The notes under the pieces are model-generated. The model searched no databases and was not told the DNA's origin. It was given only the letters and a program-made list of their open reading frames with translations. The position numbers and the translations under genes were made by a program. From an uncultured candidate division Zixibacteria bacterium (lineage in GTDB: Bacteria > Zixibacteria > MSB-5A5 > GN15 > PGXB01): DNA of 64,000 bases. The stretch lies in the NCBI GenBank assembly GCA_963702205.1, contig OY969724.1, forward strand, positions 320,001 to 384,000, written 5' to 3'. Within the stretch, counting starts at the first letter, position 1, and the number at the start of each line of letters is the position of its first letter. Positions 42,001 through 51,700 of this stretch are shown here, one piece after another.

Positions 42001-44977
42001 CCTGCTCGGAAGCGTTGCCGCCGATATTGGAAAAAGTATTCCCGTAGGCATGAATGACACCGGTCCGGTCGGGAGCGGGTTTACCGCGTAGGGCGATCGA
42101 ACCGTTGCAGTCGTGGACGTTATTATCGGCAAAAGTAAGGGTCGTGAACGGCAGATGACTGGCGCCGTCGCCGCTGCCGGATTCGATGTCCATCACCGCC
42201 CATCCGAGAATATTCAGGAATTCATTGTTGGTTACGGTCAGCGTGCCGGTCAGATTCTGTCCGAGAAATCCCTGCCTGCCGGACGTATTTTCACCGTCAA
42301 GCACACAATTGTTTATGACAAAATTATCTATCGACCCTCCGTTATCCATATCGAAAATACCGTCACCCGACGGTGCGACACCGGAAATCGACAGATTCTC
42401 GAAAGTCAGACCGTCGATTGCCGCCGATTGCAGGAAGCGGACACCGCCCGTAACAAGCGGACGAATGAACGGATTGCCGGATATAACCAAACCGTTTTTG
42501 TTATATTCCGAACCGAGCAGGATGCTTTCGGCGTACGATCCGTCCTCGACGAATATCTCGAAAACTTCGGCATTGTCGACGGCTTCGTTGATCCGTCCGC
42601 TGGCGCCGCTCTGGGGACTGTCGTCATCGACGTATACCAGCGCCAGCGACGGCTGAAAGCCGGTCGTCCCGAGGTCACCGTCGGTCCCGCTCGAAAGCCA
42701 CGGCGTATAGTCGATGTTGCCGTCGAGCATGGGCACAATGTCGACCGGGTCGGTGCTGCCGTACCAATTGTACGATACATCCTGCGTCGCCGCCGCATTG
42801 GTGGCAAAACTATAAACATTGTTTGCCAGATTATTTTCGTGAATGTTGGCGGTTACCGTCCCGCCGACCTCCCACGTCGACACCGGATAGGTCCAGTCTG
42901 AGAAAATGCAGTTTGTCACCGTGTACGAAACCGGTCCCACGGCATAAGCGTAGACACCGTAGCTTTCGGTCGCGCCGGTTCCGTAAAATTCGCTGTTGTG
43001 CAAAGTTACTGCGATAGCCGCCTTCTCTCCCGAAATCAGGTCTTCGGGAGCCATCGGACTGGCCTCGACAAACTGCTTGAGCGAAGTCGTGGCGCTCTTG
43101 GCCGACGTGCTGTATGCGATCGAGGCTTCCCCTGTCGGGCCGGTCACCACGCCGCCGTTAAACTCACAATCGCCGTCCTGAATATAAATACTCGTCTGGC
43201 ACTGATCGATCGTGATATTATTGGCCACGGCCGAGCCATAGACGAGAAAGCCGGAAGCCGTATACGACGCTCCGGTGTAATCGACCAGGCTGATATCGCA
43301 GTTGTCCACGGTTGCCGTCACGCCGCTGCCGATCTGAATTCCGTTTTGCGCCGTGACCCCGGTCGGACCCTCGCCGATGGTCGTGATATTGTCCAGGTTG
43401 GCAGTATATCCGGAGCCATTGATGGCCACCGCCGTCTTCTGGAAATCATCGACCAGTATATCGGACAGGGCGATATCGTATGGCCCGCCGGTATTATTGT
43501 ATGAGTACACACCGACACCGTGCTGCGCCCCGCTGAAGGTGCTGTTCATGATGTTTAAAATTTTGATATTGTCGGCGCTGCAACCGGCGTTCCATATCCC
43601 CAGTCCGACAAACCGGTAATTGCCGTCGCCCTGATGGTCACCGTCGATAGTCAGCGTGGAAATCGTGGCCGCGGCGGCGTCGACAAAAACGACCGGGTAG
43701 TTATTGTACGAACCGGTGGCGAACGATGCCGTCATCGCGGCGGGTGACTTGATGACGACGTTGTCGATGTCCGCGCCGGTCAGGGTCAGATTGTCGATCG
43801 TGATATGAACCTGTTCGGTATAGGTGCCGTCGGCAATCTCGATATAGTCTCCCCCCGAGGATGCCTCCACCGCCGTCTGGACAAAATCGTAATGGTTGTC
43901 GTCCAAAGGCCAGTCAACCACGACATACCAGACGTTACCGGTGCCTTCCTGGCCCGGTTGATCGCGCTCGGACGTGAAGAAGATGTAGGACGTCCCGCCG
44001 TTGTCGGTAAATCCTTTCGGCCACATTTCACCCCAGGTATTGCCGCCGTAGCTCGCCGCCGACAGATTTTTGGGTGTCGTTCCTGATAATATGCTCGTCA
44101 GGGTACCGCTCGTGCGGTACTCCAGCCACTGGTATGACCAGTCGGCCGGCATAGTGGCGCTGGCGAAAACATAATCTCCGCCCACCTTCACCAGCGTCGG
44201 GTCATAGGCCCGGGGTGTCGAAGCGTTGTCGACCATAATCCAGCCGTTGGTGGGAGCGTTATAATTATAGATATAGCTGTTGTGATTGCTGAAAATGACC
44301 AGGTACAAATAGGTTCCTTCGACAAAAAACCGGGCCAGCCCCCCGACTATGGAGCCGTCGACCAGTAACGGATTCGACCATGAGGCCTCCAGTTCGGGAC
44401 TGGATGCCGCCCGGCTGGTGTAAAAGTGGCTGTTGCCGGTAACCTGCCAGAGCTTGCCATCGAAGGTTATCTCATCGTGATGGGCCTGTCCGTCGCCGAA
44501 CGGCGTGGCGGCATCCACCAGATCCTCCGACTGCGTCCAGGTGGTTCCACCATCCGACGTGTACCAACCGTACAAATTACATTTATCACCGTCCGCAGCC
44601 GGATTCGGGTCTATCGATGCAAAGACCCAGATCTTGCCGCCGAATATTGCCGCCCCCAATTCACCCAGATATGAACCCGTGGCCCCGGAAATCGCCACCG
44701 GTGAGGCCGTGACCAAACCGGGAATTGTTGAGGCTTTCTTGTAATGGATTTCATAATCGTGGGTATCGGGATTATCGTTTTGATAATTCCCCGTCACCGA
44801 TGCCGAACGTCCGTAGAACATCCAGTAATCGGATCCGTCGAATACTACCGTTTCGCCTCGTTCGTAATAGCCGTCCGACGTTACCTGAATCGGCTGGGTG
44901 ACGTAACGAGTGTCTGCCAGAGCCGCTGCCGTCAATAAGCAGATCATAAGCGTCAGCTTAAAAATAATTCGCTTCAT
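36098..44977 (-). CDS. Giant secreted protein (2959 aa): N-terminal propeller/BNR-like domain, several right-handed parallel beta-helix modules, dockerin-like domain, Thr-rich tail
   Basis: Signal peptide ending ALA-D; Asp-box WYTSDGGTTW; repeated TVQGGVDA...G.Y.EQ, NxIxxN and NYWG motifs; GNADGESALNLLDILYLI / GDANCDCEINLLDILTLID. Confidence 0.92.
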   Translation of the reverse strand: MKRIIFKLTLMICLLTAAALADTRYVTQPIQVTSDGYYERGETVVFDGSDYWMFYGRSASVTGNYQNDNPDTHDYEIHYKKASTIPGLVTASPVAISGATGSYLGELGAAIFGGKIWVFASIDPNPAADGDKCNLYGWYTSDGGTTWTQSEDLVDAATPFGDGQAHHDEITFDGKLWQVTGNSHFYTSRAASSPELEASWSNPLLVDGSIVGGLARFFVEGTYLYLVIFSNHNSYIYNYNAPTNGWIMVDNASTPRAYDPTLVKVGGDYVFASATMPADWSYQWLEYRTSGTLTSILSGTTPKNLSAASYGGNTWGEMWPKGFTDNGGTSYIFFTSERDQPGQEGTGNVWYVVVDWPLDDNHYDFVQTAVEASSGGDYIEIADGTYTEQVHITIDNLTLTGADIDNVVIKSPAAMTASFATGSYNNYPVVFVDAAAATISTLTIDGDHQGDGNYRFVGLGIWNAGCSADNIKILNIMNSTFSGAQHGVGVYSYNNTGGPYDIALSDILVDDFQKTAVAINGSGYTANLDNITTIGEGPTGVTAQNGIQIGSGVTATVDNCDISLVDYTGASYTASGFLVYGSAVANNITIDQCQTSIYIQDGDCEFNGGVVTGPTGEASIAYSTSAKSATTSLKQFVEASPMAPEDLISGEKAAIAVTLHNSEFYGTGATESYGVYAYAVGPVSYTVTNCIFSDWTYPVSTWEVGGTVTANIHENNLANNVYSFATNAAATQDVSYNWYGSTDPVDIVPMLDGNIDYTPWLSSGTDGDLGTTGFQPSLALVYVDDDSPQSGASGRINEAVDNAEVFEIFVEDGSYAESILLGSEYNKNGLVISGNPFIRPLVTGGVRFLQSAAIDGLTFENLSISGVAPSGDGIFDMDNGGSIDNFVINNCVLDGENTSGRQGFLGQNLTGTLTVTNNEFLNILGWAVMDIESGSGDGASHLPFTTLTFADNNVHDCNGSIALRGKPAPDRTGVIHAYGNTFSNIGGNASEQGQHWSALEVNHAETAEIYDNDVDDVSEGEWGEGEAFQFWDVGTLDMHDNTITNNFQGIYIYGGGSAPYGGPYPAPGGSIYHNTITGNDQYGVSVDAAATGGPLMAENNYWGALLCQDIQPMIDGNVDFDPWCNSDFSTCTFTCTVTEVWVDDDWVGSTEGQDLGGGVYFGYNGFATVQGGVDAVASSGTVHILAGSYTEQVHIAKTDLSLLGAGLADVTVMSPAALTASFPTGTNNNFPVIFVDGVDAAISGITIDGANQGDANYRFVGIGFWNGGGSFTDAKIINIMNSTFSGAQHGVGIYTYNNTGGPYNLAIENVVVDDFQKTAVAIGGTGLTASLDNVTTIGEGPTSVTAQNGIQISAGVSATVDNCNISLIDYTGATWTASGFLVFGNAVATGVNIDQCQTSIYVQDADCVFDGGMITNPTYDASVAFSTGAKSSGTLSKKLLPAQAYDAELVQSAEKSPVDVTISNSTFTGTGATDSYGVYAYASGPITYTVNNCIFSGWTVAVSTWEDGGTVTAEVHENKFSGCDYGLATNAAAVQNGSNNYFGAVDGATVTAMVDGDFDFTPYLATGTDVPPGFMADYGTLYVEAASVQSGTTGRISEGVTDVDEDGTVYVNEGLYAENAAVDKSVSVIGLSSSKGVAEVSPGSGIGVDISSSDVTVQNLTIHGVSSGIQAYLSQLEYAVDFGYQDIQILDNTIYDVSDGSHGFAIAMGTESERYDPSDPLGIYDASLTDLLDFSGLLISGNEIYNTSGAAVLLQSMRPHTGGSLEFAGNNVHNTTMSALWIDAVWALNITGNDMLDNGNGVFLSNYGDGYYEGNENNGYDPKVIVGTGNTITGNSGSGIALYDGFPALIDFNNNTIHDNGTNYLNFLTTSADAQNNYWGALLCPDIQSGISGNVDFDPWCNSDFSYCGFSCALTEVWVDDNYCETCVNDGHFWGYDAFATVQGGIDAVGDGGTVHVLEGVYPEQAIVTKNITVSGTPGATMEPPTGGLSGYTIPESGSTFYPMLFAYGGTNDGSNNISGAATIEAVISGLTFDGNNSATIDRFVGTLIRNCDGASEASGNVYRELLYASGNPQTFGILVYGNSSVDVSGNTVDDWTRGGIGIMGDDATLPDPTAQVHDNIVTGEGPLPDGSWAQNGIQISYGAVGTIYGNEVSAIKYIPDTWAASAINIYSPGSGVVVQGNNVHDCEAMVYLTYCINAVVDDNNVFDNNEFMMVYGGNGVTVDGNQFTSNDMAVYVADASGVTVSDNNFNGNDYAFLCDGTSSNISVTGNDFVANTGVAAYVDEYGGMEPANVHINFNNFTGNALAVENLITGLLDAAGNWWGDISGPSISTKSGTTHETISRPMASNAIDGPEAARAAGRTISATEPSEGDNASASEAPGTGDAITTNVDYSPWWGANYVGSSHSSPWNWYLNNSNNSRIQEGVDFAGDGDNVHVSTEVYTRPVNIDGRSGLTFIGGGRNSTFYKPSTTIGWNVASYGTSRQTAMRIVNSTDITFQGMNFNYNDIKANNTFGFLYWNSSGELSESNLLNMNVPDASGGYYEMMIYARAVEPEYSNANRVHLNFINNEFINSGRIAIVTHDWVDVDITGNTFSKTIADFGYGLEIGSASTGEIRSNAFHGFNTWALTDKSNSAAIYIENSFTMGQGPLTKTVTVDQNEIYDCQYGIYIGNSFAGYTGNVDLVANVTGNDIHDNMTTGSETSGGFVVVDEGADAGSSVTVNMSGNQFTNDGDYGGLIYTNGNGAITTQMTDNFFVDNIKGLSVKDYGTSTNGTYDLTIYHNTFENNLNAEDDASGGYWDDGVSEGNCWSDFAGALGDPYPIIGTAGTIDRYPNVSCGASCDCTPGNADGESALNLLDILYLIASVYQDGPDPVPYELCSGDANCDCEINLLDILTLIDNVYNEGDPLCTCGQWLGNCHLPVREEVVTPTTPIVIEASAAQSTTTTTQTTNAKATAQACQ

Positions 44978-45296
44978 CTTGATCCCCCGTTAAAATGTGC
45001 GACGACGGTCAATTCACCGTCTCAATTTAATTTTTTAGGACCGGCAGATGCAGATTTACTCTCGAAATTCAAAGACAAATGGATTTGTGAGTACATCCGG
45101 ATTACGGAGTGTACTTTTGGCAGTTAGAATAAATGAAAGACATCACCTCCCATGCTAATTTTCAGGTCGTTAAAAACACATAAATAGACTTCTATTTTGA
45201 TGCATATTTTTTTCAAGAGTCATAGTCCCGGTATGACTTCAGTTGTAATCAGGCAAAATAGTCGGGTCGTGCTCTAACCCTGGAAATTACATATTT

Positions 45297-45325
45297 AGTA
45301 TACGCAAAAGCCCCACTTGTGTCAA
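45297..45325 (-). promoter_or_regulatory. Sigma70-type promoter for the 2959-aa gene
   Basis: Minus strand TTGACA-N17-TATACT, about 320 bp upstream of the start codon. Confidence 0.7.
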
Positions 45326-45599
45326 GTTTATATAATTGCGCCCGAGACGGCCTTAATTGACCAGAATTGTCTCATTTAAGAACGGCATATATAATAATCT
45401 ATTTTGCAATATGACTATTTCAAAATAGAATACATTTTATATTAATATTAAAGGCCTGACAAACCAATCCAAAACCGTTGTAACACCAGGCTTTTTCGTG
45501 ACCGGCATAAAATAGATATGTTATTGAATACCAATACAATAAAAGGCATATTATAATACTACGACAATTGACGGTTAATTTCCCCCCGAATTGACCCGA

Positions 45600-45616
45600 T
45601 TGGCACTCAAAATGCT
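45600..45616 (+). promoter_or_regulatory. Sigma54-type (-24/-12) promoter for gdhA
   Basis: TTGGCAC-TCAAA-ATGCT with exact GG-N10-GC spacing, ~50 bp before the ATG. Confidence 0.65.
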
Positions 45617-45668
45617 TAAGTTAATTTGTGAAAATTTTAACAAGAGACCTTTGTTAAGGAATACTGAA

Positions 45669-46955
45669 ATGGAAAGACAATCATATAATCCATTTAACAT
45701 GGCCCAGAAGCAGTTCGACAAGGTTGCCGGAACCCTCGATCTGGACCAGGCTACCCGCGACCTGCTGCGTAACCCGATACGCGAGTATCAGTTCAGCATC
45801 CCGGTTAAAATGGACGACGGCTCCACCCGGATTTTCCGGGGATTCCGCGTCCAGCACAATGACTCCCGGGGTCCATGTAAAGGCGGCATCCGTTTCCACC
45901 CTCAGGAAACAATCGATACCGTCCGCGCCCTTTCAATGTGGATGACATGGAAATGCGCCGTAGTCGATATCCCTCTCGGCGGCGGCAAAGGCGGCGTCGT
46001 CTGTGATCCTCACAATCTCAGCAGCAGCGAACAGGAACGGCTCTGTCGGGGCTGGGTACGGCAGTTGGCCAGGAACGTCGGTCCGCTGTCGGATGTTCCC
46101 GCGCCCGATGTCATGACCAATGCCCAGCACATGCTCTGGATGCTCGACGAATACGAAGCCATCCACGGCAGCAAATATCCCGGCTTTATCACCGGCAAAC
46201 CGGTCGGGATGGGCGGCTCACTGGGTCGAACCGAAGCCACCGGCTACGGCGTTATATACCTCGTACGCGAGGCGCTGCGCGCGATGAACGTCCGCCCCGA
46301 AGACACCGTCGCCGCAGTTCAGGGGTTCGGCAATGTATCTCAGTACGCCATTCAGCTCTACCAGCAAATGGGCGGTAAGGTAGTTTGCGTTTCCTGCTGG
46401 GATCAAAACGACCAGGTTTCGTATTCATACAAGAAAAAGGACGGGATAGACCTGAACCAGCTTCTGACCATAACCGACCGCTTCGGTGGTATAGACAAAA
46501 GCAAGGCCAAAGACCTCGGGTACGAAATACTTCCGGGCGACGCCTGGATCGAACAGGACGTGGACATCCTGATTCCGGCGGCGCTGGAAAACCAGGTCAA
46601 CGAGGAGACGGTTAAAAAGATCGGGCCCAATGTGAAAATTATCGCCGAAGGCGCCAACGGCCCAACGACGCCGGAAGCCGACGCCGTCCTGCACGAACGC
46701 AAAATCTTCGTCCTGCCCGACTTTCTGGCCAACGCCGGCGGAGTTACGTGCAGCTATTTCGAGCAGGTCCAGAGCAATATGAATTATTTCTGGGAAAAAG
46801 ATGAAGTCCTCGGCAAGCTCGATGTCAAAATGACGTCGGCTTTTCAGGGAGTTTATGACCTCGCGCAAAGGCGCAATCTGTACATGCGCGACGCGGCCTA
46901 TACGATTTCGATCGCGCGGGTTGCCCAGGCCTGCCGCGAGAGAGGATGGGTATAA
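45669..46955 (+). CDS. gdhA: Glutamate dehydrogenase (Glu/Leu/Phe/Val dehydrogenase family)
   Basis: GPCKGGIRFHP, MTWKCA, GGGKGG, DVPAPD, GRTEATGYG, QGFGNV, EGANGP, PDFLANAGGV; AAGGA RBS before ATG 45669. Confidence 0.97.
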   Translation: MERQSYNPFNMAQKQFDKVAGTLDLDQATRDLLRNPIREYQFSIPVKMDDGSTRIFRGFRVQHNDSRGPCKGGIRFHPQETIDTVRALSMWMTWKCAVVDIPLGGGKGGVVCDPHNLSSSEQERLCRGWVRQLARNVGPLSDVPAPDVMTNAQHMLWMLDEYEAIHGSKYPGFITGKPVGMGGSLGRTEATGYGVIYLVREALRAMNVRPEDTVAAVQGFGNVSQYAIQLYQQMGGKVVCVSCWDQNDQVSYSYKKKDGIDLNQLLTITDRFGGIDKSKAKDLGYEILPGDAWIEQDVDILIPAALENQVNEETVKKIGPNVKIIAEGANGPTTPEADAVLHERKIFVLPDFLANAGGVTCSYFEQVQSNMNYFWEKDEVLGKLDVKMTSAFQGVYDLAQRRNLYMRDAAYTISIARVAQACRERGWV

Positions 46956-46964
46956 GTACATTAG

Positions 46965-48719
46965 ATGACCGGATCCCGACCGACATATACAGCCGAAACG
47001 CTGCCCCGCTTTGACCGGAGATTTTTCGATTCCGATAATGTCATAAGCTGCATCGGGTCCGGATCCATTGGCGGCAAGGCCTCCGGTCTGGCATTCATAA
47101 ACGATTTCCTCGCCCGGGCCGATATCCCCCGCGATTTCCCCGGGCTTCAAATTTCGATACCCCGCCTGGTCGCTGTCGCCGGCGGGGTTTTCGATCAGTT
47201 CATGGAGCGCAACTCACTCTATAGTCTTCTCGATGAGACCAACCTGTCCGACCTTAAGATAGCCGTCGCTTTCCAGAAGGGCCACCTTCCCGCTGAAATA
47301 GTCGGCGACCTGCGGGCCCTCATCGCCGGGGTCAGGACCCCGCTGGCGGTGCGGTCGTCATCGGTGCTTGAAGACGCTCTCCACGAACCGTTCGCCGGGG
47401 TATATGTCACCAAGATGCTGCCCAACAATCAACCCGACGCCGACGCGCGATTTCGAAAACTGACCGAAGCAATCAAGTTCGTCTACGCGTCGACCTTTTT
47501 CAAAAACGCCCGCGATTACCGCTTCGCCATCGGCAAAAACAATGTCGATGAAAAAATGGCCGTGATCATACAGCAGGTCGTGGGACAAAAATACGGTGGC
47601 CGGTTCTATCCGCACGTATCCGGCGTGGCGAGGTCATACAATTTCTACGCTTTCGGATCCGCCCGCCCCGATCAAGGCGTGGTCGATCTGGCGTTCGGGC
47701 TGGGCAAGACCATTGTCGACGGCGGCCTGGTCTGGACGTACTGCCCCGAATATCCTCAAAAACCGCCGCCGGTCGCCTCGACCAAAGCGCTGTTCAAGAC
47801 GACCCAGACCAAGTTCTGGGCGATCAACATGGGTCAGCCGCCGCAGTACGACCCCACCAAAGAAACCGAGTACATGGTGCAAACCTCGATTGACGACGCC
47901 GAGTACGACAACTCCCTGCGGTTTGTCGCCTCAACCTATCAGGCGGCCAACGACCGGCTGGTCATGGGTACCGGCGCTCCCGGTCCCCGGCTTCTGAATT
48001 TTGCGCCGCTTCTGAAAGCCTATTATTTCGATTTAAACCGGCTGTTGAAAAGGCTGATAAAGCTTTGCGAGGAGGCGCTCGGCGCCGAAGTCGAAATCGA
48101 ATTCGCCGCCAATATCGGAGGCGATGACAGTCCCACGTCGTTCGGATTTCTGCAGGTTCGACCGATGGTGGTCAGCCGCGAGGCGATCAATCTGTCCGAA
48201 GACGATCTGGATAATCCTGAAAACATCGCGGCGTCGGAACGGGTGCTCGGCAACGGGATTATTGAAAATATCTCGGATATAGTCTTTGTCGATCCTGATG
48301 CTTTCGCTCCGGACAAAACGACGCTCATCGCGGAGGAAATTTCCCGCATGAATCAAATGCTCGCCGCTCAGAAACGGCCGTATCTATTGATCGGATTCGG
48401 GCGCTGGGGTTCATCCGACCCGTGGCTGGGTATTCCGGTCGAGTGGAGCCAGATATCTTTCGCGCGGGCGATAGTCGAGGCGACCCTGCCCAACATGAAC
48501 GTCGAATTGAGCCAGGGCTCGCACTTCTTTCACAATTTAAGCAGTTTCCAAATATGCTATTTCTTAGTACATTATAACGGTCGATATAAAATAAAGTGGG
48601 ATAAGATCAAAGCCCGGAAAGAAATCGCCCGTACCGAGCACGTCTGCCACGTTCGTACCGAAAACAATCTGCGCGTGACGGTGGACGGGCGCTGCGGGCG
48701 CGGAGTAATTACGTTATGA
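46965..48719 (+). CDS. PEP/pyruvate-binding (PPDK_N, ATP-grasp) domain protein lacking the PEP-binding barrel
   Basis: IGGKASGL, AVRSSSVLED...FAGVY, GLGKTIVDG, EIEFA, LQVRP; C-terminal GRWGSSD and SQGSHFFHNL. Confidence 0.9.
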   Translation: MTGSRPTYTAETLPRFDRRFFDSDNVISCIGSGSIGGKASGLAFINDFLARADIPRDFPGLQISIPRLVAVAGGVFDQFMERNSLYSLLDETNLSDLKIAVAFQKGHLPAEIVGDLRALIAGVRTPLAVRSSSVLEDALHEPFAGVYVTKMLPNNQPDADARFRKLTEAIKFVYASTFFKNARDYRFAIGKNNVDEKMAVIIQQVVGQKYGGRFYPHVSGVARSYNFYAFGSARPDQGVVDLAFGLGKTIVDGGLVWTYCPEYPQKPPPVASTKALFKTTQTKFWAINMGQPPQYDPTKETEYMVQTSIDDAEYDNSLRFVASTYQAANDRLVMGTGAPGPRLLNFAPLLKAYYFDLNRLLKRLIKLCEEALGAEVEIEFAANIGGDDSPTSFGFLQVRPMVVSREAINLSEDDLDNPENIAASERVLGNGIIENISDIVFVDPDAFAPDKTTLIAEEISRMNQMLAAQKRPYLLIGFGRWGSSDPWLGIPVEWSQISFARAIVEATLPNMNVELSQGSHFFHNLSSFQICYFLVHYNGRYKIKWDKIKARKEIARTEHVCHVRTENNLRVTVDGRCGRGVITL

Positions 48720-51700
48720 CAAACGGCAGTGCCGACAACGATATAGACAAACTGCTCAGGTCGCTGCAGGAGCGCGCCAAGGAACTGAGCTGTATTTATC
48801 GGGTCGAGGAAATTCTGGCCGGACCGGATAAATCAATCGGTGAAGTTTGTCACAAAATAATCGAAGCGATTCCTCCCGGCTGGCAGTACCCCGATATATG
48901 TCAGGCCAAAATCGAGCTCGACGGAAAAACTTATACCAGTCCCGAATTTTCCGAAAGCACCTGGTCACAGAAAGCCGACATTATCGCCAACAATATCAGA
49001 ATCGGAAATATAAACGTCTATTATAGACAGGAAATGCCGCCGGCCGACCACGGTCCGTTCCTGAAAGAAGAGGCCAAGCTGATCGACACGATCGCCGAAA
49101 GACTGGGCAATTTCGTTATGCACAAGAAAATGCGCGAGATTGTCAACGAATGGGAGACGTCGCTTCGCAAAGGCCAGGACCGGCAGTGGCAGATTGTCCT
49201 GCAAATGCTCAAACAGACCGACAGCAATCTCTACCTCGCCATCGCCCGCAAAATGCTCAACTACCTGTGCTGGAACGGCATCTCCGAAGCGGAACAACTG
49301 CTCCAAACCAACAGCCCCAAAGAGCAGCTGGAAATTTCCGATGAACCCGAAACATGGAATCAGCCGCTCGAAAAACATCGCATCTGGATACAACCCGGTT
49401 ACGACATGAGGGTTTTCGAGATTGCAACGTCGCATTTCAGCGACGATCAGATTCTTGCGCTTATCAAAAAATGGATTCAGGAAGACAAACTTAGTTTCCT
49501 GGTGCAGGTGGTCAACCGCAACCTGACGCTGTCCGAAGTGTCCGACGCCATCCGTCGCTATTATCATCTGGCCGAAGAAGAAAAAGGGATCAAGTCGCCC
49601 AACCAGCGCGGAATACAGGTATCGCTCATCCGCCGCATTCTTTCGGATCAGCTCGATTATATCAACGTCGCAAAGAATTTCATAGAAATAAGCGATTTCT
49701 ATCACCTGCTGCAAAATGTCATTTTCACGGCGGAAAGCCACGGCCGTCTCGGCGGAAAAAGTGCCGGGCTGTATTTGGCTTCTCAGATTATCAAGAAGAA
49801 CCAGGCCGAGCACGACGTTTTGAACAATGTCAAAATCCCCAGGACGTGGCATATCACCTCCGACGTGCTTTTGCACTTCATGCATTTCAATAACTTCGAG
49901 GAAGTGGTCGAGACGAAGTACAAAGAGATCAATCAGGTGCGCCTGGAATACCCGCACATCGTCGAGACTTTCAAGCGGGCCAATTTCCCGGCCGACATCG
50001 CGCGGGGCTTGTCGATGGCGCTCGATGATTTCGGCGACGTTCCGCTCATAGTCCGGTCCTCGTCCCTGCTCGAAGACCGAGTCGGTGCGGCCTTTTCCGG
50101 TAAGTACAAAAGCCTCTTTCTGGCCAACGTCGGGACCAAGCCGGAGCGTATGGAAGCGCTGATGGATGCCATCGCCGAAGTGTACGCCTCGACTTTCAGC
50201 CCCGATCCGATCGAGTACCGCTCCGAACGCGGGCTGCTCGATTTCGGCGAAGAAATGGGGATTATCATACAGGAGGTGGTCGGCAAGAAGATCGGCCACT
50301 ATTTCGTACCGGCGTTTGCCGGGGTCGCTTTCAGCCGCAATGAATTCCGCTGGTCGCCGAGGATCAAGCGCGAGGACGGCCTGGTCCGCCTGGTGCCGGG
50401 TCTCGGGACGCGGGCGGTCGATCGGCTCAGCGACGATTATCCCGTCCTGTTCTCCCCCGGTCAGCCGGGCCTTCGGGTCAATATCGATCCGGAAGAAGTG
50501 CGCCGCTACTCCCCCAGGAAACTCGACGTCATCAATCTTAAGACGCGGCAGTTCGAGACCGTGGAGCTTCAGAAATTCGTGGAAGAAGTCGGCTCCGAAT
50601 ACCCGCTGTTGAACAAAATTATCTCAATATATAAAGACGGCCACATCAGCCGTCCGATCGGTCTCAATTTCGATTTTTCGTCGGATGAAATTGTCGGCAA
50701 CTTCGAGGGTCTGCTCAAGGACTCGCAGTTTGTATCACAGATAGGCCTGATTCTAAATATCCTCGAAAAAACTTTCGGCCGACCGGTCGATATCGAATTC
50801 GCGCACGACGGCGAATCGTTCTACCTGTTGCAGTGCCGGTCGCAAAGCTATTCCGAGGACAGCCAGCCCGCCCCGATACCGAAAGACATTCCACAGAACA
50901 AAATCCTCTTTTCGGCCAACAAGCACATCTCCAACGGGCGGGTACCGGACATAACGCACATCGTTTATGTCGATCCCGATGAGTACGCCCGCCTGGGCGG
51001 GCGCTCCGAAATGCTGGCGGTCGGACGCGCAGTCGGCAAGCTCAACAAGATATTACCAAAACGGCAGTTTGTACTTATGGGCCCCGGCCGTTGGGGTTCG
51101 CGCGGCGACATCAAACTGGGCGTCAGCGTGACCTATTCCGACATCAACAATTCCGCGGTCCTGATCGAAATCGCCCGCCAGAGAGGCAACTACCTGCCCG
51201 ACCTGTCATTCGGGACGCATTTTTTCCAGGACCTGGTGGAATCACAGATACGCTATCTGCCGCTCTATCCCGACGACGAAGCCATCATATTCAACGAGCG
51301 CTTTTTGAAGTCGGCCGATAACATCCTCGGTGAGGTGCTGCCCGACTACGCCAATATGAGCCCGGTCGTACGCTTGATCGACGTCCCGCGCACGTTTCCC
51401 GGTATGGTCCTGAGGGTTCTGATGAACGCCGACCTCGAAGAGGCGATCGGCGTCATCGGCGAGCCGTCGACCGACATCGAGCGCCAGTTGAAAAGCGCCA
51501 CGGTCGTCAAAGAACATCAGGACACCTTTTGGCGCTGGCGGTATCGCATGGTGGAGCGCATCGCCGAGGAGATGGAACCTTCGCGTTTCGGAATCAAGGC
51601 TCTCTATGTCTTCGGCAGTACCAAAAACGCCACGGCCGGACCGGGCTCGGATATCGATATACTGGTGCACGTCACCGGCGACGTTCAAAAAATGGACCTC

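Noticed and set aside
36137..44938. Many long plus-strand ORFs (e.g. 427 aa, 442 aa) opposite the 2959-aa gene, and similar ones opposite other GC-rich genes
   Set aside because: Antisense shadows of codon bias; no recognisable motifs; fully overlapped by well-supported genes.
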